A DNA stretch of 45,576 nt, taken from NCBI GenBank assembly GCA_034667685.1, contig JAXDQU010000105.1:1-45576 (forward strand), in the 5' to 3' direction. Each line of letters opens with the position of its first letter. Positions within the stretch are counted from its first letter, which is position 1. The notes below the pieces were generated by a model that ran no database searches, was not told the origin of the DNA, and worked only from the letters and a program-made list of their open reading frames with translations. Source of the DNA: Thermoplasmata archaeon. Its GTDB lineage: Archaea; Thermoplasmatota; SW-10-69-26; JACQPN01; JAJPHT01. The position numbers were made by a program, and so were the translations under genes. Below, in pieces: positions 1-9,100 of this stretch.

Positions 1-50
1 CAAGACGCCAACACGCGGCGTGTTGGCGTCTTGGCGTGATGGCGGCAAGC
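1..50. repeat. Palindromic element built from tandem 8-mers (possibly cut by the window start)
   Basis: CAAGACGCCAACACG (1-15) and CGTGTTGGCGTCTTG (19-33) form a perfect 15-bp inverted repeat; the right side continues TGGCGTCT TGGCGTGA TGGCGGCA. The core GCCAACACGC recurs at 30870. Confidence 0.8.
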
Positions 51-134
51 GAAGCCGTGGCCCAAGCAGGGCGCTCCCCGCCGTGGAAGGGGAACGAATT
101 CAGCGCGACTGCGACAGAGGTCGTGAAACAGCCT

Positions 135-1034
135 CTAGGCCGCGACCGCGCGCGCCGTCACGGTCTCGCTGCGGTCCCACATCTCGTTGAATGCGCCCAC
201 GATCTCGCGCGCGAGCGCCGCGTCCTGCGCGAACGTGCTGCCCAGGGGCGTGCCGACGCGCGCGGGGTTCATCAGCAGGAGGATCACGCCCTCGCGGTCG
301 AGGACGACGAACTGCTGGCGGCCGGGTTCCGCGACGCGGAACTTGCTCACCATCTTCGCGCCGCCGATCGTCTGGATCCAGGCGCGCGCGGCCTCCTTGT
401 CGGCGGGCATCGCGCCCACGAGGATGCGGAAGCTCACCTTCTCGTTGCGCAGGTGCTTGCGGATGTTGCGCAGCGCCTCCAGGATCCTGATATCAGCCTC
501 GTTGAAGGTCTTGGGCTCGGTGCCGCTCTTCATCGCCTGGAGCAGGTCGCCGAAGCAGCCCGAGAGGTCGACGTAGAGCAGCACCTCGTCCTTCGCCTCC
601 GCGGCCTTGGCAAGGTGCTTGTTGGCGAAGTCGTGCCAGCTCGTCGTGACGGACCAGAACGTGGATTCCTTGGGGCTCGTGCGCGCGCGGACCTTGAGGC
701 GCTGCTCCAGCGAGGGGAGCGACTTCAGCAGGCCTTCGAACTCGCGGCGCTTGGCGTTCTTCAGCTCGTCCAACGCCTCGCCGACCTCGCGCGCCATGAA
801 CTTGCGCGGGCGGCTCGCCTGCACCTCGACGAGGCCGAGCGCCTCGAGGCGGACCATCGTCTCGTAGATCTTGCTCGTCGGGACGCCGGAGGCGCGGGAG
901 AGCTCGCGCGCGTCGGAGACGCCAAGCTGGAGGAGCGAGAGGTAGGCGTTGGTCTCGTACTTGGTGAGGCCGAGGGCCTCCAGGAGACCGCGCTCGTCCA
1001 ACGTGCGGGCCTTCTCGTCCGCGTCCGGCGCCAT
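135..1034 (-). CDS. trmB: TrmB-family transcriptional regulator
   Basis: N-terminal LGLTKYE..AYL.LL....ARELSRASGVPTSKIYE.M.RLE..GLV wHTH and C-terminal QFVVLDRE...F..MW ligand domain; GAAACCCTTATG promoter ~25 nt upstream. Confidence 0.9.
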   Translation of the reverse strand: MAPDADEKARTLDERGLLEALGLTKYETNAYLSLLQLGVSDARELSRASGVPTSKIYETMVRLEALGLVEVQASRPRKFMAREVGEALDELKNAKRREFEGLLKSLPSLEQRLKVRARTSPKESTFWSVTTSWHDFANKHLAKAAEAKDEVLLYVDLSGCFGDLLQAMKSGTEPKTFNEADIRILEALRNIRKHLRNEKVSFRILVGAMPADKEAARAWIQTIGGAKMVSKFRVAEPGRQQFVVLDREGVILLLMNPARVGTPLGSTFAQDAALAREIVGAFNEMWDRSETVTARAVAA

Positions 1035-1058
1035 GCGCCCTCATGCAGCGGTCGCGGT

Positions 1059-1086
1059 CATAAGGGTTTCACTCCCAGGGGGAGTA
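1059..1086 (-). promoter_or_regulatory. BRE/TATA-like box of trmB plus adjacent palindromic operator
   Basis: Minus-strand GAAACCCTTATG at 1070-1059; ACTCCC-AGG-GGGAGT palindrome at 1071-1085. Confidence 0.55.
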
Positions 1087-1131
1087 TTCGTTCCCCAAAG
1101 GCCAAGAGCGCGGAGCGTTGCCTGCGCCGTC

Positions 1132-1260
1132 ATGACCCGCGTGCTGCGCCTCGAAGCGGCCCACGACGACGAATCGCTCCGCGTCCGCGAGGTGCTGACC
1201 CTCGTCGCCATCGGCGCCGCGGCGCTCGCCCTCTGGGCCCTCGCTCAGCGGCTCTCCTGA
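1132..1260 (+). CDS. Small (42 aa) putative membrane peptide
   Basis: ATG at 1132; MTRVLRLEAAHDDESLRVREVLTLVAIGAAALALWALAQRLS has one C-terminal hydrophobic helix; divergent from trmB. Confidence 0.45.
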   Translation: MTRVLRLEAAHDDESLRVREVLTLVAIGAAALALWALAQRLS

Positions 1261-1622
1261 GGCGGCGCGGCCTGCGCCTTGTCCTCCGGCGCCAGCAGGC
1301 GCGGGAAGCGCGCCGCGATGCGCGGATAGGCGCCGCGCAGCAGGCCCACGTAGAACGCCAGCGCGCAGAGCGCGAGCATGCCCAGCTCGACGTTCGGGAC
1401 GCCCGTGGCGAAGGTCTGGAACAGGCCGGTCTGGCCGTGGGGCAGGAGGCCCAGGATCACGCCGTCGAGCGCGAGCAGCATCGCGCCGCAGGCGATCGAA
1501 AGGTAGCCGCGCTCCAGCCAGCCCAGCCGGTGGCGCGGAGAAGGGAACGCCGCGTTGACCAGGAGCCACCCGGGCAGCGCGACCAGGAGAAGGACGACGA
1601 GCGCCAGGCCCACGAGGGACAT
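1245..1622 (-). CDS. Small membrane protein, DUF1616-like N-terminal domain
   Basis: LLLVALPGWLLVNAAFP...LGWLERGYLSIA pattern and three hydrophobic segments; start moved to ATG 1622. Confidence 0.65.
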   Translation of the reverse strand: MSLVGLALVVLLLVALPGWLLVNAAFPSPRHRLGWLERGYLSIACGAMLLALDGVILGLLPHGQTGLFQTFATGVPNVELGMLALCALAFYVGLLRGAYPRIAARFPRLLAPEDKAQAAPPQESR

Positions 1623-1663
1623 CAGGGGTCCCCGCGGGCCGGGCGCCAAAGAACGTTTCTGGA

Positions 1664-1897
1664 TCAGGACTCGTCGAGCGCCGCGAGCGAGGGCAGCTGG
1701 ATGCTTCCCTCGCCCTGCTGCGCCTCGGTCTCGGCCCGGACGCGCTCGAAGTAGAACTCCAGGGCCTCCTCGACGGCCTCCGACATGCGCTTCCCGCGCA
1801 GGAGCTTCAAGGCATGGAGCTTCAGATGGTACTCCACCCCGATCTTGACACGGAGCTCCTTCGGGCCGGACTCGGTCTTGGGTTCGGCGATCAGCAT
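1664..1897 (-). CDS. Ribbon-helix-helix DNA-binding protein (77 aa)
   Basis: ELRVKI strand plus two helices (YHLKLHALKLL / MSEAVEEALEFYF); ATG 1897 preceded by SD-like AGGTGG. Confidence 0.7.
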   Translation of the reverse strand: MLIAEPKTESGPKELRVKIGVEYHLKLHALKLLRGKRMSEAVEEALEFYFERVRAETEAQQGEGSIQLPSLAALDES

Positions 1898-2099
1898 TTG
1901 TCCACCTAAGTCGACCTCAGCCCCCCGGACCCCATCATTCCCCAGCGCGCCGCCGGAGGCGCAAGCCCGCGCAACGCCCCAACGCGCCGAAATGGAAAAC
2001 CGAAAGGCGCACGCCCCGGACCCCCACAGGCTGCGACCGATGGCCCGAAGGTCCGGCGCTCGCAACGTTCAAGGCCTCTGCCAGACAACCAACCGCTCG

Positions 2100-2927
2100 T
2101 TGTCGCCGGAGCACGAGGTCGCGCTGAAGGTCATGTCCTTCAACCTGCGGCGCCGGAAGGAGTCCGACGGGCCCAACACCTGGGACCACCGTCGCGACGC
2201 CGCCGTCGAGGTCATCCGGCGCCACGCCCCCGACCTCGTGGGCACCCAGGAAGGGCTCCAGGAGCAGATCGACTACCTCCACCAGCACTTCCCCGAGTAC
2301 GGCGTGCTGGGGGAAGCCCGCTTCGGCGGCCGCCGCGACGAATACAACGCCATCTTCTACCGCAAGGAGAAGTTCCGCGTCGAGGCCAGCGGCAACTTCT
2401 GGCTCAGCGACACGCCCGAGGAGGCAGGCAGCCGCACGTGGGGCAACCTCGTCCCCCGCATGGCCACCTGGGCCCGCCTCGCCGACAAGGACACCGGCGG
2501 CCGGTTCTTCCACCTCAACACGCACCTCGACCACCTCGTCCCCAAGGCCCGCATGCGCGGCGCCCTCCTGATCCGCCAGCGCCTCCCGCACGACCTGCCC
2601 TGCCTCGTCACCGGCGACTTCAACGCCCTCCAGCGCGGCGGCACCTACCGCTACCTCACCGGCCATGAAGGCGCCGGCCTCGTCGACTCCCGCCGCGCCT
2701 GCGCGACCGCCATCCCCACCAAGTGGAACGGCACCTTCCATCGCTTCACCGGCCGCGGCCTCTACCGCATCGACTACATCCTCGGCCGCCACGTCGAGCA
2801 GTTCAGCCACTACGAGGTCGTCCGCGACCGCATCGCGGGCAAGCTCCCCAGCGACCACTTCCCCGTCGTCGCCCAGGCGCTCCTCGACTGCGACCCCACG
2901 CGGATCCCGATCCACGTCGCGTCGTGA
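2100..2927 (+). CDS. Endonuclease/exonuclease/phosphatase (EEP) family protein
   Basis: Motifs MSFNLR, GTQE, NTHLDH, TGDFN, IDYI, SDHFPV; likely TTG start at 2100, ~28 nt after GTTCAAGG. Confidence 0.9.
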   Translation: MSPEHEVALKVMSFNLRRRKESDGPNTWDHRRDAAVEVIRRHAPDLVGTQEGLQEQIDYLHQHFPEYGVLGEARFGGRRDEYNAIFYRKEKFRVEASGNFWLSDTPEEAGSRTWGNLVPRMATWARLADKDTGGRFFHLNTHLDHLVPKARMRGALLIRQRLPHDLPCLVTGDFNALQRGGTYRYLTGHEGAGLVDSRRACATAIPTKWNGTFHRFTGRGLYRIDYILGRHVEQFSHYEVVRDRIAGKLPSDHFPVVAQALLDCDPTRIPIHVAS

Positions 2928-2990
2928 GCGCGGGCGGCCGGGCTCCACTTCACAACGTTGAAGCCCCAGCCCCGGCGCTCAAGGCCCGGG

Positions 2991-5582
2991 ATGCACGCGC
3001 TCCAAGAGGACCCCAGGCTCCGCCACGTGCCGCCCGAGCGATGGGAGCGCGCGAACAAGATCCTCGCCCGCCGCTGGCTCCGCGACGTCACCACCCAAGG
3101 CACCCTCGCCACCGGCTCCTTCGCGGGCCTCGTGGGCATCCGCTGCCGCCTCGACGCCGCGAGCCTTGCCTCCCGGTGCGAATGCGGCGAAACCGCGCCG
3201 TGCGAGCACGCCCTGGCGCTGATGATGCACCTCGAGCTGGAGAAAAATATCAACCCTCTTACGAACCGTACGGGCCGTACGGATCGTACGGACGCCGCGC
3301 CGCGCGCGCCCGAAACGGCCGGCCCGGCAAGCGTTCCCCGCGCCGAAAGCCCGCCAAGCGCGCCAACCCCCGCGCCGGCGGGCGAGACGCCGGGCGCGCC
3401 GCCCGCGCCCCAAGCCTGGCCGTCGGGCGTGCTGCGCCTGTCGCTCGATCCGTCGGATCCAGGCCGCCTGCGCCTCGCAAGCCAAGGCGCGTTCCCAGAC
3501 GCGGCCGCGGAGGCGTTGCGCTGGCTCTGGTGGCGCCGCGAGGGCGCGGAGGCCATGAGCGGCGAGGCGCGCACGTTGGCGCAGGCGTGGCAGCTTCTGG
3601 CGGCGCGCGGCGTGCCGGCGCGGGCGGGCTTGGGCGCGGGGGCGCGGGTGGGCTTTCATCAGCGCGCGTTGGGGGAGACGATCCACGTTCGTTTGGAGGA
3701 GCCGGGCGCGGAGGCCTCTCTTGCGTTGGCGGCGTCGCTGTCGGCGCGCGGCGCGGTGCCGATGCCGGGCGCGTTGCCGGCGGAGCTGTGGTCGTTGCCG
3801 GAGGGGGCGGGGTTCGCGTCGTGGGCGTTGGAGGCGGCGCGCGTGGCCGAGGTCGCGCCCGACCTCGCGCTCAATCCGAAGCCGTTGCGCGGCGTGGACG
3901 TGCTGCTCGATCCGGGGTGCTTGCCGGCGCGGATGCGCGAGGGCGGCGCGGATGCGCCGGTCGCGAGCGGGTCGTTGCGCGCGGCGCTCGTGCGGATCCT
4001 CGGAGGCGAGCCGGTGGTCGACGCGCAGAACGGGCACGTGCTCGTGCCGGCGGCGCGCGTGGTGGACGTCGAGGAGGGTTTGCGCGCGTTGGGCGCGGAC
4101 GTGACGTACCGTCGGCTGGCGCCGGCGAACGCGCGTTACCTTGCGTGGGAGCCGCAGCTTCCGGAGGACACGACCGGGGCGCGCCCGCGGCTGCGCGAGC
4201 CGTTCCGCGGCGCGTTGGAGGGCGAGGTTCCCGGTCTGAAGCCAGACGTGGCGTTGGCGAGCTATCAGCGCGAGGCGGTGGCGTTCATCTTGCGTCACGG
4301 GCACACGTGCATGCTCGCGGACGACATGGGGCTGGGCAAGACGTTGGAGTGCATCGCGGCGGCGATGTTCCTGCCGGGGCGCGTCCTCGTGGTGTGCCCG
4401 GCGAGCGCGCGCGAGGTGTGGCGCCGCGAGGTCGGGAAGTTCACGACGGCGACGGCCGAGGTCGTCACCGAAGGCGCGGCCGACGCGAGGTTCGTGATCA
4501 CGGGCTACAGCAACCTGGAGCGCGTGCTCGTGGATCCGGCCGCGTTCGATCTGGTGATCCTCGACGAGTCGCATTACGTCAAGAACGCGCAGAGCGGGCG
4601 CGCCAGGCTCGTGCGCGAGCGCTTGCAGGCGATCCCGCGCCGGCTCGTGGTGTCGGGCACGCCGGTGATGAACACGCCCGACGAGGTACGCGCGCAGCTC
4701 GCGTTCCTGCATCCGGAGGAGTGGAGCGACGGCGCGTGGTTCCACCGGCGCTTCGAGGAGCCCTTCGAGGGAGGCTCGCCCGAGGTGCGCGAGGCGGTGC
4801 TATCACGGCTGCGCCTCTTCCTGGAAGGCGTGATGATCCGGCGCGAGAAGAGCGTGGCGATGCCGGAGCTTCCGGAGAAGCGCGTCGTGTGGCACCGCGT
4901 GCGCTTGCCGCCGGAGGCCCGTCGCGCGTACGTGGCGCTGGAGGAGGACTTCGAGCGGTTCGTGCAGGCGGAGGGCGCCTCGTCGCTCGCGACGGCAAAG
5001 GCGGGCGGGAAGCTGGAGCGTCTGAAGCAGGCGGCGCTGGCGGGCAAGCTTCCCGAGGTCGTCGCGTTCGTGCGGTCGCTCGCGGCGCAGGGGGACAAGG
5101 TGGTGGTCTTCTCGCGCTACCGCGACGCGCTCAAGTCGCTTGCTGAGGCGCTGGCGGACCTCGGGCCCGTGACGCTCCACGGCGAGACGGCTCCGGCCGA
5201 GCGGGCGGAGGCGGAGCGGCGCTTCCAGGAGGACCCGGCGTGCCGCGTCTTCCTCGGGCAGATCGTGGCGGCGGGCACGGCGATCACGCTCACGGCGGGC
5301 ACGCACGCGGTCTTCGCGGACCTCGACTGGAATCCGGCGAACCACCGCCAGGCGATGGACCGCATCCACCGGCGCGGGCAGACGAAGCCGTGCGTGGCGC
5401 ACTTCTTCCTGGCGGAGGAGACGGTGGACGAGGACGTCGCGCACGTGCTCGACGCGAAGGGGCAGATGATGGATGCGCTTCTCTCGGGGAAGGCGTCGGG
5501 CGAGATCAGGGGCGCTCGGCGCCAGGTCGGCGAGAGGCTCCTGGCGCGTAGGTCCGTTCCGTCGAGCCCGCCTCCAGCGTGA
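2991..5582 (+). CDS. SWIM zinc finger-SNF2 family helicase (SMARCAL1/HARP-like ATPase core)
   Basis: CECGETAPCEH (CxC-x5-CxH), LADDMGLGKT, ILDESH, SGTP, ITLTAG, DLDWNP...QAMDRIHRRGQ; ATG 2991 ~30 nt after CGTTGAAG. Confidence 0.9.
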   Translation: MHALQEDPRLRHVPPERWERANKILARRWLRDVTTQGTLATGSFAGLVGIRCRLDAASLASRCECGETAPCEHALALMMHLELEKNINPLTNRTGRTDRTDAAPRAPETAGPASVPRAESPPSAPTPAPAGETPGAPPAPQAWPSGVLRLSLDPSDPGRLRLASQGAFPDAAAEALRWLWWRREGAEAMSGEARTLAQAWQLLAARGVPARAGLGAGARVGFHQRALGETIHVRLEEPGAEASLALAASLSARGAVPMPGALPAELWSLPEGAGFASWALEAARVAEVAPDLALNPKPLRGVDVLLDPGCLPARMREGGADAPVASGSLRAALVRILGGEPVVDAQNGHVLVPAARVVDVEEGLRALGADVTYRRLAPANARYLAWEPQLPEDTTGARPRLREPFRGALEGEVPGLKPDVALASYQREAVAFILRHGHTCMLADDMGLGKTLECIAAAMFLPGRVLVVCPASAREVWRREVGKFTTATAEVVTEGAADARFVITGYSNLERVLVDPAAFDLVILDESHYVKNAQSGRARLVRERLQAIPRRLVVSGTPVMNTPDEVRAQLAFLHPEEWSDGAWFHRRFEEPFEGGSPEVREAVLSRLRLFLEGVMIRREKSVAMPELPEKRVVWHRVRLPPEARRAYVALEEDFERFVQAEGASSLATAKAGGKLERLKQAALAGKLPEVVAFVRSLAAQGDKVVVFSRYRDALKSLAEALADLGPVTLHGETAPAERAEAERRFQEDPACRVFLGQIVAAGTAITLTAGTHAVFADLDWNPANHRQAMDRIHRRGQTKPCVAHFFLAEETVDEDVAHVLDAKGQMMDALLSGKASGEIRGARRQVGERLLARRSVPSSPPPA
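3260..3295 (+). repeat. In-frame tandem 9-mer repeat inside the SNF2 gene
   Basis: TACGAACCG TACGGGCCG TACGGATCG TACGGACGC encodes TNRTGRTDRTD in the linker after the SWIM domain. Confidence 0.7.
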
Positions 5583-6045
5583 CGGGGTCGGCGCCCTCGG
5601 CTTGGTTGAGCACGCCGATGTGGTGCTTGTAGACCAGCTCGCCGCCCAGCCAGCCCTGGAGCGTGATGGCGAGGAGGCCCAGCACGTCGATCGTGGTGGC
5701 CCACGCGAGGCGCGCGTCCCCGCTCCCGGCGGGCCAGCGGATGCCGAGGCTGACGAGGAAGAGCGCGAGGACGACGAGGCCGTTCACGAGGTGGAGCAGC
5801 GCGGTGCGGTGCGCGCGGCTCTCGTTGGGGATCGCCGAGAGGTCGACGATGCCGGGGACGGCGGCGGCGATGGTCGTGAGGACGCCCACGAGCGCGACCC
5901 AGAAGCCGATGGTCCAGAACGCGGCGTCCGCGGGGTAGACGTAGCGCAGGACGTCCAGCAGCACCAGGAGCGGGAACATCGCGGTGGGGAGCATCACGAG
6001 CATGGGGTGCATCGGGTGGCGCGCGACGCGGACCTTCGATTGCAT
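5506..6045 (-). CDS. DUF2231-family membrane protein
   Basis: HPMHPMLVMLP...PGIVDL...ALLHLVN...GWLGGELVYKH.IGV; its 3' end overlaps the convergent SNF2 gene. Confidence 0.85.
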   Translation of the reverse strand: MQSKVRVARHPMHPMLVMLPTAMFPLLVLLDVLRYVYPADAAFWTIGFWVALVGVLTTIAAAVPGIVDLSAIPNESRAHRTALLHLVNGLVVLALFLVSLGIRWPAGSGDARLAWATTIDVLGLLAITLQGWLGGELVYKHHIGVLNQAEGADPVTLEAGSTERTYAPGASRRPGAERP

Positions 6046-6091
6046 GCTCGGCTTGAGCGAGGCGCGTTGAATATTTCTTCCGTCACCTGGG

Positions 6092-6136
6092 CCCGCTCGG
6101 CGCTCGCCTGGCTGCTCAGGACGAGCGCCGAGCGGG
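6092..6136. repeat. 15-bp perfect inverted repeat with tandem 7-mer arms (possible terminator or palindromic element)
   Basis: CCCGCTCGGCGCTCG (6092-6106) / CGAGCGCCGAGCGGG (6122-6136), just downstream of the 1243-aa gene. Confidence 0.7.
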
Positions 6137-6172
6137 GCCCGGGCGCCGCGCGGGGTGGAGCGCCGCCGCGCC

Positions 6173-9100
6173 TCATCCCACGAGGCGCAGGGCGACGGCG
6201 TCCGCGATCGCCTGTTGTCCTGCGGGCGTGGGGTGTGGCATGCACTGCGACCAGAAGTCCATCTCATAGCTGTAGATGCCTGGGAAGCTGGACGTGTAGG
6301 GCGGAATCGCCGGGTCGTGGTTGTTGGCCGCCGAGCAGGCATCGCCCATCCAACGGGCCGTGTAATCCGAGGGGCCCTCCGGGTCGCCGGACGCATAGAA
6401 GCTGTCCTGCCAGGTCGGGGCGTACACCCAGGACGGGCCGGGCAGGCCGCGGATCGTGGCGCACACCTCGTGCCCCTGGAAGTCAAGCTGCACGGTGGGA
6501 ACTCCTTCCGCGTCCGCGGCGGCCTGGATGGCGTTGTTGAGGGTCGTGATCACGTTGGTCACGTACTGCGCGGCGTCGCGCTGCTGGAGCGCGGCTCGGC
6601 TTCGGAAGTAAGGCCCGTTGTGGTCCTGGGCCGCCAGGGGATCCGTGACGCTGTGATCACGAGCCATCGCGGCCGGGAACCACAGGTCGCACACGTGGTT
6701 GACGTCCTCGCCGGCCGCCAGGGCCGGGGGGAACGGGTTGTAGTATTTCGTCACCACGATGTTGGGCCGCACGGGGCCGACGGCCTTGACCTGCTGGAGC
6801 ACGGTGCGCAAGTTCGCCTGGAGTGCCGCCGTATTGTCGGTGAGGCGCGTCTGGCAGGGGTCGTTGCCGCTGTTCTTGATGTAGGCCACCAGGCAGTCGC
6901 TGAAGTCGATATCATTCGCCCCGACGGTGATGACCACGTCGGTGGGCGTCCAGGGCAGGACGGTCAGCTCGTCGCCGAGGATGTTCTTGTTGCAGTTGGG
7001 ATCCGTGCGCGAGTCGCCGTTGGCCACCTTGGCGGCGCAGGCGCCGCTGATGGCCACGTCGGCGGTGTAGGCGAAGCTCTTCGCCGTGCCGATGCGGTAG
7101 ACGTAGGCGTCGGGAGAGTCCGGGTAGCCGCTCACGCTGGGCCCCGTGCCGTACCCCGCCGCGACGCTGTCGCCCAAGGCGAGCAGGCGGCTGGCGCGCA
7201 GGCCCACCTGCAGCGTCCCGGTGCCGGCACCGTGGCCCGCGACCTGGATGTAGTAGGTGGCGCCGGCCGCGGGAATCCATTCGACGCGGCTCTGGTGGGT
7301 GCCGCCCCACTCGTCGTCGCAGGCGACCTGGCTGAGGGACTGCATGGTGGCGCCCGTGTAGACGGTCGCCACGGTGTCGTAGCTGGAGCCCATCGTGTCG
7401 AAGACCACGCGGTGGGGCGTGGCGGGCGCGTTGTAACGGAACCAGACCGTGGCCGTGCCGGCGTTGCATGCCTGCGGCTCGCCGCTGTCGAGGGTGGCCC
7501 CGGCCACGCTCCCTTCCGCGTAGGTGCTATCATCGGTCAGGCTGACCGCGCTGGGCGCGCAGTTGTTGGAGGGGCCCCCGCAGCCCCCGACGGTCTGGGA
7601 GAGCGTGCGCCACGCGGATGCGCCGCCCCCGGCGTCCATGGCCTGGAGGCGGATCGTGTAGGTCCCCACGCCGTAGGTGTGGCTCGCGGTCTGCGCCGCG
7701 TTGTTCGCGACCGTCCCCGTGGCGGGAACCTGGAGGTACGCGGAGCCGTCGCCCCAGTCCACGGTGTAGGAGAGGCCCGAGGAATCGACGTCGTGCCCGT
7801 TGAGGGTGCAATCGACGGCCTGGTTCGCCGTGGACATGCTCAGCCCGCACGAGAAGACGTCGATGACGGGGGCCGTGTTCACGAACGTGAACGTCCGCGT
7901 CGACCAGTAGTAGAAGCCCCCCTCGTAGACGCGGCACCGGGCCTCGTAGGAGCCCGAGCCGGTGATGCCCCACTGCGCCATCGTCCGGGTCGCGGTGTAG
8001 GGCGAGGAGCCGGCGTAGCCTTGGTTGAAGTCGAACCCTCCGACGCCGGCGGGCCGGACCGCGAAGACGACGCCCGCGCCGTACGTGCCGTCGCTCTGCG
8101 GCGTGTGGGTCGTCGTGCAGGTGATCGACAAGGTCGCGCCGGACACGCTCTGCCCGTTGGCGGGGCTCGTCATCGTCACCGTGCCGTCCTCACCCTGCGT
8201 CATGGTGAACGTCCGCGTGGACCAGAAGTAGAGCCCGCCCTCGTAGACGCGGCAGCGCGCCTCATAGGATCCGGGTCCCGTGATCCCCCATTGGGCCGGG
8301 GTGCGGCTCGCCGTGTAGGGCGAGGCGCCCGCGTAGCCTTGGCTGAAGTCGAATCCTCCGGTGCCGGCTGGACGGACCGCGAACACGATGCCCGCGCCAT
8401 ACGTCCCGTCGCTCTGCGGCGTATGCGTCGTCGTGCAGGTGATGGGGATGGTCGAGGAGCCGGAGATGCTCTGGCCTTCCGTGGGGCTCGTCATGGTGAT
8501 GGAGCCGTCCTCGCCTTGGGTGATGCTGAACGTCCGGGTGGACCAGAAGTAGAGCCCGCCGTCATATACGCGGCAACGCGCCTCGTAGGAGCCGCTGCCG
8601 GTGATGCCCCATTGCGCGAGCGTTCGGGTCGCGGTGTAGGGCGAGGAGCCGGCGTAGCCCTGGCTGAAGTCGAACGCGCCGGTGTTGGCCGGGCGGACGG
8701 CGAAGACGACGCCTGCGCCGTACGTGCCGTCGCTCTGCGGCGTGTGGGTCGTGGTGCACGTGATGGAGAGGGTCGCGCTGGGCGAGATGACCTGGCCGCT
8801 GGTCGGGCTCGTCATCGTCACGGTGCCGTCCTCGCCCTGCGTGACGGAGAACGTGCGCGTGGACCAGAAGTAGTTGCCCGAGTCATAGACGCGGCAACGC
8901 GCCTCGTAGGAGCCCGCCCCCGTGATTCCCCACTGCGCGAAGGTGCGCGTGGCGGTGTAGGGGGAGGCGCTCGCATAGCCCTGGCTGAAGTCGAAGGCGC
9001 CCGTCCCCGCGGGGCGGACCGCGAAGACCATGCCCGCGCCGTACGTGCCGTCGCTCTGCGGCGCGTGGGTCGTGGTGCAGCTGATGGACAGGGGCGAGTT

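Noticed and set aside
5506-5582. 77-bp convergent overlap of the SNF2 and DUF2231 genes
   Set aside because: Both overlapping tails are low-complexity extensions, common in GC-rich genomes; no evidence of function.
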